From Octopus sinensis (Eukaryota), in assembly GCF_006345805.1 (NCBI RefSeq), contig NC_043002.1, forward strand, positions 78,988,001-79,052,000: a stretch of 64,000 nucleotides of DNA, given 5' to 3'. Made by a program: the position numbers and the translations under genes. The notes under the pieces were generated by a model. That model ran no database searches, had not been told where the DNA came from, and saw only the letters and a list, made by a program, of their open reading frames with translations. Positions 52,116 through 63,416 of the stretch are shown here, piece after piece. The first letter of the stretch is position 1. Every line of letters starts with the position of its first letter.

Positions 52116-54677
52116 CTTTAGATGACATGCATGTCTTGGGAGTAGTAATTTGAACTTAGAATGTAGAGGGAAGAAACTAAGTTGTTACATTCTGTTGTGT
52201 CTGGAGGGGGTAATTTTCTTTTTGTGCCTTATAATTTAACACACTCACCGGTAAAATTTCCACTTATTTCTTATTTTTATTTTCCTAAAATTTTTCGTTG
52301 TGTCTTGCAACCTTTTCAATAGTCTTGACGAATCCAAAAACAAAATAAGTTGTTACAATTTAGCCTTTTATTCTTTCTGCCAAAACTAGAAATTCTTTAC
52401 TCTAGGCACAAGGCCCAAAATTTGGGGGGGGGAGGGGGCCAAGTGATTAGATTGACCCCAATACACAACTAGTACTTAATTTATTGACCCTAGCAGAATT
52501 TGAACTCAGAACATGAAGATGGGGGAAATGCCATTAAGCATTCCACCTGGAGTGCTAAGGATTCTGCTAGCTTGCTGCCCTCCAAAACTAGAAATATTAG
52601 CCAACAAAAGAGCTTCTCTGCCAACACTTTTCATGTGATTCACATCATTGATATTCACATGAAAACCTTCATGAACCATGATACAAATATAAGCTCAGAA
52701 GTTACACTCCAATCTTGCACATATTTGCAGGTAGTGGTGGGAGAGTAAGAAAAAAAGATTATACAACTGCAGTTGCTGGTTTCCTTGTCTTTCACTTTCA
52801 ACCCTTGAGCATTCACATTATTTTGTCAAATGTATTGTTCATTCATTTACATTTCAGTCCACTCTGCTGGGTGGTTTGTGTTAGGAAGCACATCCAGCTG
52901 TAAAAATCCTGCCAAAAGTCAGAAATCTGGTGCAAACTTCTACTTGGCTGGCTCCTGTCAAGCTGTTCTACCCATGCCAGCATAGAAGGCGAATGTTAAA
53001 CGACGATGACTATTTTGAATTAATTCATGATTATGATGATTTACATTATTTGCCAGATCTAGCCACCTTGAACACAATATAGGTAGAATACTTGAGCCAG
53101 ATATGACTAGTTTAAATTCCAAAGGGTTAGGCTAGTTTCTTTAGCTTGATGAGAAACTCAAAATTTCTTCAATGTGTCAGGGAAGGTTTCAAGAACAAGA
53201 GTATAAAATTGAGAGTTGGCAGAAGGAGTATGAAATAAAGTTGATATTTCTAGCTGTTTAGCCCCAGGCCAGTTCCAACAGAGCAAGCATACAATTAAAG
53301 GCATTTTTTCCCTGCCAGTTATAGAGAACCAAACTATCTTTTAAAAGAAACGATACTTGGTGTCCAATTTTGTTTCCTCATAGCCTTCTTAAAAATGCAC
53401 ATTTTTTATGACATTTTCCAGCAATACATTTTTTCAGATAGCGTAGATTGCAATTAAGTGGGAGTGGGTGGAATTGAAAAAGAAAAAAATCCTTTTGGAG
53501 GACTGTCCACCATCCTGGACACACGACATGCGACTTTAAATGGATTTTTCATAAAAATTTTTCTAAATTCTCATTTTCGATGCTTTAGCTTATTATTTCC
53601 CCACCACCACCACCAAATTTTATCAAGACAGTTGTACTCAACACGCTCAAAAATTCATCTCTGGGAAATTTCGTTTTAAAAGTACGTAGAACTACATTGT
53701 CCTATGCTTGAAATCAAGACGGATTGTGAAGACTGGAATGCTGCCGTTGCTCATATGTCAGTTCAATCGAGTCGAACAAGGGTTTAAACATCAACAAAAG
53801 GAATTTATACATTTACACAACCGGAGAATAGACAAGATTATTCGCATCTGAAACTCCTTTAATCAAACGTTTGCTCTATCGGAGCTGATCCGAGACTGAC
53901 GTATTAAAAGTATATAAAGAAGCTTGCTTCCCAACCATATGGTCTTGGGTTCAGTCCCACTGCACGGTACCTTAGGCAAGTCTTCCACTAATAGCTCATG
54001 TCTGACCAAGCTTTGTGAGTGACTCTGGTAGATAGAAATTGAAAGAAGCTAGTTTTGTGTCTGTAAACAAACCAAGACTGGTTGTCAAGCGGTGGTTGGT
54101 ACAAACACAGACACATATATATGTGTATGTTCGTTTGTTTAGTCCCTGAAACTGGCTTAAAAATAAGTACTGGGATAGATATGTTCGACTAATCCTTTCA
54201 AGGCGGTGCCCTAGCATGGTTACAGAACAAAAACAAAATTTAAGCTCCTGTCCGTAAAACACAAAACTCGAGATTCTTATGAAACGAAGACAACATTAAA
54301 CAGGAGACTGTAGTAATCCACTTGTTCTTACTACCACCACCTACAAATGTGGGATGTGCGGCCTTTGCGCCGAAATAGAAATACCAGTATTTGAACAGAA
54401 TTATAACAAAAACAAAAAACTAAAGAAAACAAAAAGCGAAAAACCTCAGAGTAGTTATTACAATAATACCCAAACCGGCGCAGAAGATAAAACTTCAGAG
54501 CCGGGAATTCTTTAACGCATAAAACAGTCTTTCTAGACAGACTAAGCACATGTTTCGAAATGGAATTGTGTCAGAGTTAGTAAGCACATGGTTTGCTTCT
54601 TTAAAAATTCCATTCGAATCCTATCTTCAATGCTCCACAAGAATGCTTTTTGTTAATGTTTACGGTTTTCTCTACAC

Positions 54678-54717
54678 CAGAGGTTCTCAACCTGGGGTTC
54701 GCGAACTCAATTCAAAT

Positions 54718-54748
<31 letters not shown>

Positions 54749-54814
54749 AAGGATAAGCATATTAAAAGGGGGCTGTGGGAAAACTCATTTAAATAAAAGG
54801 GTTGGGAACTAATG
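54678..54814. mobile_element. hAT-type MITE
   Basis: CAGAGGTTCTCAACC ... GGTTGGGAACTAATG; 8-bp TSD CTCTACAC/CTCTACAT. Confidence 0.7.
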
Positions 54815-56598
54815 CTCTACATTAACCCAGTTTAACTCCCTAATTGTCAGATAAGAGGGGCGGCATGTTCAACCGTATTCCATGAGCCCGCAAGTTTCAG
54901 TTACGTATTTTGTAAGTACAGTGTGGTCGAATGATCAAGAAGTTCTCTTCGCAACCTCGAGAGCTGAATTCGATCCAAGTGCGTGGCATCAAAGGCAAAT
55001 GTCATTTTATAGCCTCAGGTCAACCTATAACTTGTGAGAAATTGGGGAGATGGAAACTATATAGAAGTCTCTGGGGTGATTGTACCTGCAATTCAAAAGG
55101 TACAGCCTTGCCACACTTAATTCTACCTGAGTTAAGGTTACATGCCTGTGGAATGCTCGGCCACTTACACAGTATGTCAGAAGTGGGTTATTCAGTTGAT
55201 CGAACAATAATCTCCATACATGCGTATGGTTTTAATATTATGTATGCTATTCAAGCATGCGCTGTATGCCTTAAAATTTTTTTTTACGACAGAATATGGA
55301 CACAATGAGAGCGTGATTTTTACCCTATTTCTATCATATGTATTATGTACAAATACAAAAACGTTATCCAGCACTGATTAAAATCGATTTGATACAGTTA
55401 AAAACGCAAGTGCTCGTTGGACCGCGTCCGCAATACAGCTTAACTTGCTAACGCTCGTGGGAAAGACTTAGCCGTCCTTTTGTACAAGGCCTCATGCCAC
55501 GTAATATAGAAACATTCTAATTACACAAATTATTTGTTTAAAAAATATTTTCTAGTTGACGTAAACACATACAAATGTTAGATAAGTTAGTTCAAGGAAA
55601 TCTTTTTAAACAATAGGAAAATATAGATTAGATTAAGAGATCACGATTAAAACGTCGTTTCTTTCCTCAGTGATGCCAGCGTGTGTGTTTTATATAAGTG
55701 CTTAAACACGTGGAGTGTGTAAAATCCATTACTCTCACACATACACACGGTGTGTGTGGAGAGCAGGGTAACTTAAACATTTGCCATGTCGGCAATCTTT
55801 CGTGTCTACCATAGTTTCACGAAGGTATCCATGTGGCTATCAGTGGCGCTAGGTGAAAGTGAATTACTCCTGTAGCTAATTGATTTAGATCTACTGGGAC
55901 TTCGTTGTCAGGTGTGCGTTTTGAGACGATAGTAGGGAAAATTTGAGCACTTTTGCTGCTATTTCCAGCAGGCTGAACCATAACGTAGCCTGTCGGTGAC
56001 TGGTCGAAACATGCTGGTGCTGACAAACGATGAAAACGTTAAGTGATGTATTCAATTCTAATGCTACGAGCGGTGATGTTAAACATAACCCATGCTAGTG
56101 TTTTTCGTTTTTTAGCCTCCAAGTCAACCTTACTTCAGCAGACCTATAATCTTAAGGGAGCCTAGCAATGACCCTCCCGTCTTAATTAGAACTTTAATAG
56201 GATTGCATTATCTAATTAATTAGGTTCTTTTATCAGAAGGTAAGGTGCAGATTGTGAAAGAAGTACTATATCTAGCGGGTCGAGTGACCAAACACGTAGA
56301 AGCTCAGTGTGTTGGCAAACTCTAGTTGTACAATGATAAAACTGCAGGCCAAGTTGAAAGAGCAACTCTTTTGATTGTGGTTGCATCACAATACACAAAA
56401 GAAAAAAAAATTGCTGGAAGTAAAGGTAACTGAAGACATTTAAATGGCAAGCAAAACCGGTCGTTTTGGAATAACTTTCCCATAGAAAAGGTAAATGAAA
56501 TGGGAAGGGAGGAATGTGAAAAAAAAATTAAGCTTAAAATAAAAAAAGAAACGTAATTTTCGTAGAATACAGGGATACTAAAAGAAAAAAAAACAAAT

Positions 56599-56788
56599 GG
56601 AAAAAGTTTAAGTAAATTTCTATTATTACACCCGTTTCACTTTGAAAGTGTGTGATTTACCTAAAGAACGAATGATTTATAAAAGGTAGTCAAATTCGTT
56701 CAAAGAAAGATTGCCAAAATCATAAGATCAATTTTCACCGTCAAAGTGAAACAGATGTAATAGTAAAAATTTGCCAAACTTTTTCCTT
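56599..56788. repeat. Imperfect ~55-bp inverted repeat (probable MITE core)
   Basis: GGAAAAAGTTTAAGTAAATTTCTATTATTACACCCGTTTCACTTTGA versus TCAAAGTGAAACAGATGTAATAGTAAAAATTTGCCAAACTTTTTCC. Confidence 0.55.
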
Positions 56789-57574
56789 TCCCATAGGATA
56801 GACTTCGAGGAATATTTATTTCAAAACTCCGTCCCAAAATCATCCCAATTACTTGCAAAAGCATATGCATTTTGGATATCCGTGAACGTCACACATTTTC
56901 ATCTATCCGCTTTTCAGGGGACGAATCACATTTAATTCGTAAAAGGTTCAGTTTTTGCTGTTTTTGTTTTCACGGGTTTCAGGGCTAAGAGTTGACTACG
57001 TCGGGATTTGAACTCATAAATGTAAGAATAAGAGCACTTGCAGTTCCTCATTATTCACTGTAGAGCCGGCACGACAGAACGACCAATTCTCATAACGACA
57101 ATAATAAGAATATGCCACTGATAAGATCCAAATATTGAGACGAGTACGAAATAAGACACGTGCAATGAAACCCAATTCTAAACCAGCAGTTCTTGCCGGC
57201 TTCCGTTAAGTTATGCCATCCTTTGCTGTTTAAATTGATATACGACTTTCATCATATTTGTAAAGATGAATTATTAATTTTCATAATACCTCAGAAATGG
57301 ACATAGTCAACTGAAATTAAAATTAGAGCTAAAGTTCACAATTTTACTTCAAACAAATAGGCAAATGAACAACTAATTAGGCAATCTTACGGTTCTAGTA
57401 AAATGATAGAAGGAAACTAAGTGACTTAGTAAAAAGCCGAACAAAAATAAAAGAAGAGGTTAAATGATATACGAAAATGAACTGTAATTAAGATTACGAA
57501 ATGAAATTAATTATTACTATTTAATTACTATTATTATTAATACTAAACAGTAAGACTAAAGTAAAAGCACTTAC

Positions 57575-57638
57575 TGTAGTATATTTTGTAGTCTTTGGTG
57601 TTGGGGGTTCCTTTCTCGGTGATTTTGTACGTAGACAT
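57575..57638 (-). CDS. PPA1: PPA exon 1, short (cytosolic-type) start
   Basis: ATG at 57638; MSTYKITEKGTPNTKDYKIYY plus 1 nt; A|GTAAGT donor; aligns to the N-terminus of cytosolic PPases. Confidence 0.93.
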
Positions 57639-58200
57639 AGTTGCTGTTTGCAAAGAAAATAGCCGTTGCTGCACACCGCAAGAGAAGAGCGAAAGTGAAT
57701 GAAGCTGATGTAATAACTGCAGCAATGGACTTAGCGAAGTTAGTCGGTAATTGCTAATCACACAAGCAGGACTCGATCTGGTGGCGATATTACCGGCAAC
57801 GAGTAGAGGTGCGAGTAGACGATTTGGTGTGCACCACCAATGGCAAATACTACTGCCGCTGTGTATTCTTCTTCTTATATCAATACTGCTGCTGTCGACG
57901 TTACAAAAGCTTCTACCACCACTACCACCTCCGTTGCTTAGATTATTATTATAACACGAAGCACGACGTTTATGAACTCCTACTCCCGCGCTTTTTTGTT
58001 CGACAGCTTTCAGAACCCGCCACCTCGCAAGCGTATTAATATTAATTGATTGACATCGGTTAACAATGGCAGAGGTGGGGGTCTTCGCGAAGCGTCCACT
58101 GAACCTGAATACACCAGGAAGAAAGCAAAGACGGCTGCCTGTAAAAGAAGGGTGGAAATGTTGCATCTCTGTAACGTACAAAACACAGCGACCTCTGCGT
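57600..58200. promoter_or_regulatory. CpG-rich 5' region/promoter of PPA
   Basis: Visibly high CpG and GC content around exon 1 relative to the gene body (qualitative; not computed). Confidence 0.5.
57639..58181 (-). CDS. PPA1: In-frame 181-aa N-terminal extension of PPA (putative mitochondrial targeting isoform)
   Basis: 543 nt without a stop, in frame with exon 1; only 4 acidic residues; rich in R/S/L; ends QQRLFSLQTAT-M. Confidence 0.6.
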
Positions 58201-58735
58201 CACAAATCCACACACACATCCATACACATACTTATATAAACACACATATCATGTGTGTATATATATATATATATTTATTTAATTGGCAGAAATTACAAAT
58301 TTAAAAACAATACAGAGCTATATATATATAATTAAGCCTTATATACTTATATTTATGTGTATGTATATAAACACACGTGTATAAATATGCTTTAATTCAC
58401 AAGGACATCCACAGTGAATATTATACCATAACAAGGTGACACCTGGTGTCCGAGTTCATTTACTAAGATGCAGTAACTAGTGTTTGATCACGGACACCTG
58501 CCCAGAATAACTTAATGGGTCAAATGGTTATTTGGCATTAGCAAGAGTTGGGTTGAGCAGACCAAATTATATATTTAATTTCCTTGGACAATCTATTGTT
58601 TTATTTGAATTTCTTTGATGTTTTATCAATAAACGTGATCTGACAGCTATTTTGATCTTACAATAAGGAAATTTTGAATAAAAGTATGATTATAATGACG
58701 GGATTTTGTTTATGTATATATTATCTTTAAATCTG

Positions 58736-59575
58736 GGCGATCTTTCGTTTGTAGTAGCACGTTTACGTCGATGATTTCCGTAAAAAACTTTTATTTTTTT
58801 ACATATGGGCTTGCGGGAACATTTGAAGTAATGAGAGCGAAAGAGACTAAGAGGAAGCGATTGTATGACGAGGGAATTTCTTTTGAAGTTACCGAAGCAT
58901 TGATGTACATGTGCGTGTGTGTTTGATAGGGTGTGGGAGACAGACAGTATGTTGTGTAAGTGAAGTGCTTCTGTTAGTGTGTGTGAAGAGACAGAGAGAG
59001 TAATGTGTGAAAGAGAGATAACTGAAATTTTTTACTCGGTGTATGTATGCATGTATGTGTGTGTATGTATCTATGTATTCGTGTGTGTATGTATCTATGT
59101 ATGTGTGTGTGTATGTATGTATGTATGGCCGATTCAGTGTACACTGAATCGGCCATACATACATATATACATACACACACACATACATACATAGATACAT
59201 ACACACACATACATGCATACATACATACACACATACATAGATACATACACACACATACATGCATACATACACCGAGTAAAAAATTTCAGTTATCTCTCTC
59301 TTTCACACATTACTCTCTCTGTCTCTTCACACACACTAACAGAAGCACTTCACTTACACAACATACTGTCTGTCTCCCACACCCCATCAAACACACACAC
59401 ATGTACATCAATGCTTCGGTAACTTCAAAAGAAATTCCCTCGTCATAAAATCGCTTTCTCTTAGTCTCTTTCGCTCTCATTACTTCAAATGTTCCCGCAA
59501 GCCCATATGTAAAAAAATAAAAGTTTTTTACGGAAATCATCGACGGAAACGTGCTACTACAAACGAAAGATCGCC
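58736..59575. mobile_element. Spacerless foldback (fully palindromic) Merlin-like element
   Basis: 8-bp TSD TAAATCTG (58728-58735, 59576-59583); GGCGATC...GATCGCC termini; arms of 405 and 435 bp meet at axis 59140/59141. Confidence 0.85.
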
Positions 59576-59714
59576 TAAATCTGTAATGAAATGCTTTCCT
59601 TTTCTTTTTGTACTCGTAGATGTTTTTAAGTATTTACCAATTAAAAAGAAATTAAAAGAGTTTTAAATTCCGGGAAATCAGTCGTATAAAATAAATTTAT
59701 AAAGACATCTTTTA

Positions 59715-60215
59715 TAGTTTATTTATTGCAGTCTTAGGTTGCGGCCATGCTGGGGCACCACCTTGAAGAATTTTAGTCGAATCGACCCCAGGACTTTTTT
59801 TTTTAAGCCTGCTACTTATTCTATCGGTGTCTTTTGGCGAACCCTTAGCTTTGGAGACGTAAACACACCAGTACCGGTTGTCAAGCGGTGGGGTGGAGGA
59901 AACACTCAAATATATGACAGTCTAGGGCATTTACCCCCCCCCTCACCGCCAGGACAATTACACCTGAGGACAACAAATGATGATTTAAAACGTCTTAATA
60001 TATTGGAGAGGGGATAATTAACCAAAGGCGGCAATTGTCCTAGGGGTAGTTGTCGTCGGGAGTGGGATTGTCCTATGGGGGGTGTAATTGTCCTGATACA
60101 TGACAAGCTTCTTTCAGTTTCCGTTCACCAAATCTACTTACAGGGATTTGGTCGGCAGATGACACTTGCCCAAGGTGCCATTCAGTGGGACTGAACCCGG
60201 AACCATGTGGTTGGA
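59715..60215 (-). mobile_element. SINE family 1 interrupted by a small GGACAATT-repeat element (59930-60100)
   Basis: Tail 59715-59905 and head 60100-60215 are separated by an unrelated insert. Confidence 0.65.
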
Positions 60216-61182
60216 ATTTCGATTTTCTGTCCTCAAACCAGCCCTGATCATGTAGAGCTATGGTCAAAGGTGTTCGGTAATTCTGTCTATTTATTGGATA
60301 TTGATAACTACATTACACAATCTGATGTCTTTTTTTTTTAAGATTATAGGATGTGATTTTGGAGATTTGGCTGCTATCTCTAACAGGTTGAGAAACGACA
60401 CAGAGACCCCCGTTAACTCAGGCCGGTTTGATCCATATCAAAGGCGCAAGGTCCCTAATAGGGCTTAATTTGAATAGGGCGTAATTCCTCTCACGGGCCT
60501 TTAATCCACACAGTATTGGCTCTCCCTTAGTAATTATGTTGTCCTACTTCGTGTTCTTTTAGATTAAATATTGACTTTCAATATAATTTCATTAATATAT
60601 TGTTCTTCGTTATTCTTTCAACTAAACATGGGTTATTTATCTTCTTTGATCCCTTTTAATCTGCTGTATGTCACTGGCCCTATTACAGCTGTCGTTCTGT
60701 CGTTGTTTCTTAAGACTTCCAACACGGGATTAGCTTACTGATTGTTTTGAGCATAGCACCCAACAAAGTACATCAATTATCATGAGCCTATGAGGCAGCC
60801 TCTACATGGTTGCTTGTCCTGCTAGAAATGTCAGCCAAAATTTTCATTTATTTAGACAATAAAAAGATGGTATAACAATGACTAGAATGTCTTCGACTAT
60901 TATCTGGGACTTAACAACAATGTCTACTATATACTGATTTTAGTAAAAAAAATTTCTGACATCTTTGGAAGCCACATGATTGCGGACGCCTACCCGTGTA
61001 CAACATTATATGCATCTACTAAATCAATGTTTCTCTGGGGTGGGCGGAGAGCGGGCAAATTGCTATGTTTAATATAACTCAGGTACTTTTAAACTTTGTT
61101 AAATCTACGTGATACTATGGCGAAAAAAAAGCATTATACCTATACAAAAACCCTAATTTCTCACTCCTTAATAACAAAAGAG

Positions 61183-61670
61183 GCAGCCCTTTTGGGATCT
61201 TTTCCTTTTGAACGGCACTTTTCAACATAATTTCTAGTTAACTAAACACTTTTAAACTTCGTATACTGGTGGAATGTGTTTATAAAACATCATTTTTTCT
61301 TGGCTTTATTGGGTGCATTTCAATCTACTTTAGAGTTAGGGTGAGTTATGGTTAGTTAGGGGTGGGGGAAGGGTATCTTTTTTTCTTCACAAATGTAAAT
61401 AAACCCAATCTGTTTCTTAAACGAGGGACATATTCATATAGCACGGAATGTTGTTTACCTAAATGGAGGTCAGCGATTGGTTAAAATTGCCGAAATGCTC
61501 GAAATTAAAGACGAAATATGTTACAACATATAGAATTTTCTCAATAAAGCCAAGAAAAAATTATGTTTTATAAACACATTCTACCAGTATACGAAGTTTA
61601 AAAGTGTTTAGTTAACTAGAAATTATGTTACAGAGTGCCGTTCAAAAGGAAAAGATCCCAAAAGGGCTGC
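61183..61670. mobile_element. Merlin-like MITE copy with ~128-bp inverted arms, no TSD found
   Basis: Interior and right arm are homologous to 62338-62753; the left arm is the reverse complement of the right arm. Confidence 0.75.
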
Positions 61671-62337
61671 AAAAATATATTTTTTAAACTAATATTTTGT
61701 GTGTATATGAAGGGAAGACTTCTATTTGTGAGTTTGATAATCATTTAGATGCTGTTTCTAGTTTCTGGTCAGTCTTTCACTGGTTTAAAGCGGAGTATGC
61801 GGATCGCACAGGGCGGTCATTTTATATGCATATGCATGCTGCAGTCGAAGATACATTATACTTATCAAAGAAAGCAGGCCATTTAGCTACCACATGAAAC
61901 GATCAAAATTCAGGCTATTACACCGCATTCTTTGTGACATTACTGATAGCGTCTGATGCCTTTTAAATGACGATGCATATTAGGGAACAGTATTGCACAC
62001 CTGCAAAGTGATACTCTCATCGTTGCTTTCACGAGAAACTCTAATAAGAATGGAACATGTCCAGAATTGTCTCCCCCTATTGCCACAATCATTAAAATAA
62101 TATTGGCGTTGTTCTCCATTGCCACTTATAGATTTTATTAATGCTCATCGTATTGAATATGTTGGCACTACCTTAACTATTGTGTCTTATGCGGATGGTG
62201 TCTCTCAGTAATTAACCTCAATGATACATATTTTTTATATACTAAATTCATAGCTGAGTTCATCAACCACCTTCGAATTTGGAAAACAAAAATGTGACGT
62301 TGACTGGTGGACAAAAGCAAAAGCTGGGTTAGCTGAA

Positions 62338-62753
62338 GGATCTTTTCGGTTTGAATGGCAGTTTTTTTCTAGCGGTGTTATATGAAAATGTCACCCATAA
62401 TTATGATCCTAGTATCGATCTATTGCATTTCAATCTGTTTTAGGGTTAGGGTTAGGGGTGGGGGAAGGGTATCTTTTTTTCTTCACAAATGTAAATAAAC
62501 CCAATCTGTTTCTTAAACGAGGAACATATTCATACGCCACAGAATGTTTTCACCTCAATAGACGTCATTGATTGGTTGAAATTGCAGAAATTGAAGAAAT
62601 AAACAACAAATATCTTACAAACTATAGAATTTTCTCAATAAAGCCAAGAGAAAAAGATGTTTTATAAACACATTCTACCAGTATACAAGGTTTAAAAGTG
62701 TTTAGTTATGTGGAAATTATATAAAAAAACTGCCGTTCAAACCGAAAAGATCC
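62338..62753. mobile_element. Merlin-like MITE with 8-bp TSD
   Basis: TSD TAGCTGAA (62330-62337, 62754-62761); ~30-bp TIR GGATCTTTTCGGTTTGAAYGGCAGTTTTTT; internal (TTAGGG)n. Confidence 0.8.
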
Positions 62754-63309
62754 TAGCTGAAAGCTTTGCATTGTTTTTGCTAAATGATGCATTGTTCATT
62801 AAACTGTTTTGAGGTCAAATAAGTAAGGGTACATTTTTATATTAACACCCGCACGATTTTCACTAACAAAAAAAACTCGGATTTTTTTTGCGTGGAATCA
62901 AGTACTCTGACCTCCTAATATGCTGCAAATCCCTTATTTTGGTTTGGAAGAAAGGAGGGGGGGTCCCCCTCCACATCCCAGAATCATTGACATTTTTTTA
63001 TCGCTGAATGAATTCCTGTGACGTCCTAATGTACTACAAACCCTTTCTGGGATCCAAAAAACGGAGTGGGGTGAGGTGGAAGCCTCGGAAATTTCACCTA
63101 CACGGTTTTCACTAAGAAAATATATATAAATTGTGCCTAAATTAATTTTTGTGATGGGGATGGGAGAGAAAGATAAACGATTTAAATTAAATATATCTTA
63201 ATTGGTGTGTGAGAAAGTATATATATTCCGATGATAAAATATAGTATCTTTTTTTTTTTCTGTAGTTTCAGCTCAGAGCTGCGGCCATGCTGATGCACTG
63301 CTGTTTTAG

Positions 63310-63416
63310 AAAAATATGGAATGCTTCACGAATTTGCGTGTCATCCTTGCGCAGGGGTTTTGGTAATCTTCTCTGTATCGTTCCAATTTTAGAATATGTA
63401 CTGCCGTAGCTTAGTT
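63310..63416 (-). pseudogene. RNU6: U6 snRNA retrocopy/pseudogene
   Basis: Minus strand reads GCTACGGCAGTACATATTCTAAAATTGGAACGATACAGAGAAGATTACCAAAACCCCTGCGCAAGGATGACACGCAAATTCGTGAAGCATTCCATATTTTT. ACAGAGA box is intact; AGC triad reads ACC; first 6 nt diverged; no clear TATA near -30. Confidence 0.92.

Larger units (their letters stand above)
15373..58181 (-). other. PPA1: Inorganic pyrophosphatase gene span (12 coding exons; ~19.9-kb intron 1)
   Basis: Exons of 64+116+120+87+64+63+41+87+86+70+40+29 = 867 nt join in frame with GT-AG sites to give 288 aa. Family I catalytic residues are present (VVEIPRW..K.E, R, YG, D.DP.D, DEGETDWK, YK). Likely the single orthologue of vertebrate PPA1/PPA2. 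Confidence 0.95.

Noticed and set aside
202-59448. Dozens of ORFs rich in HT/CV/YI dipeptides (e.g. 202-456, 21783-22058, 58889-59448)
   Set aside because: They are translations of (CA)n/(TG)n/(TA)n microsatellites and SINE bodies, with no splice support or domain similarity.
63310-63416. Functional U6 gene
   Set aside because: The AGC triad and ISL 5' strand are mutated, the 5' stem-loop is broken, no upstream TATA is evident, and a poly(A)-tailed appendage is attached.
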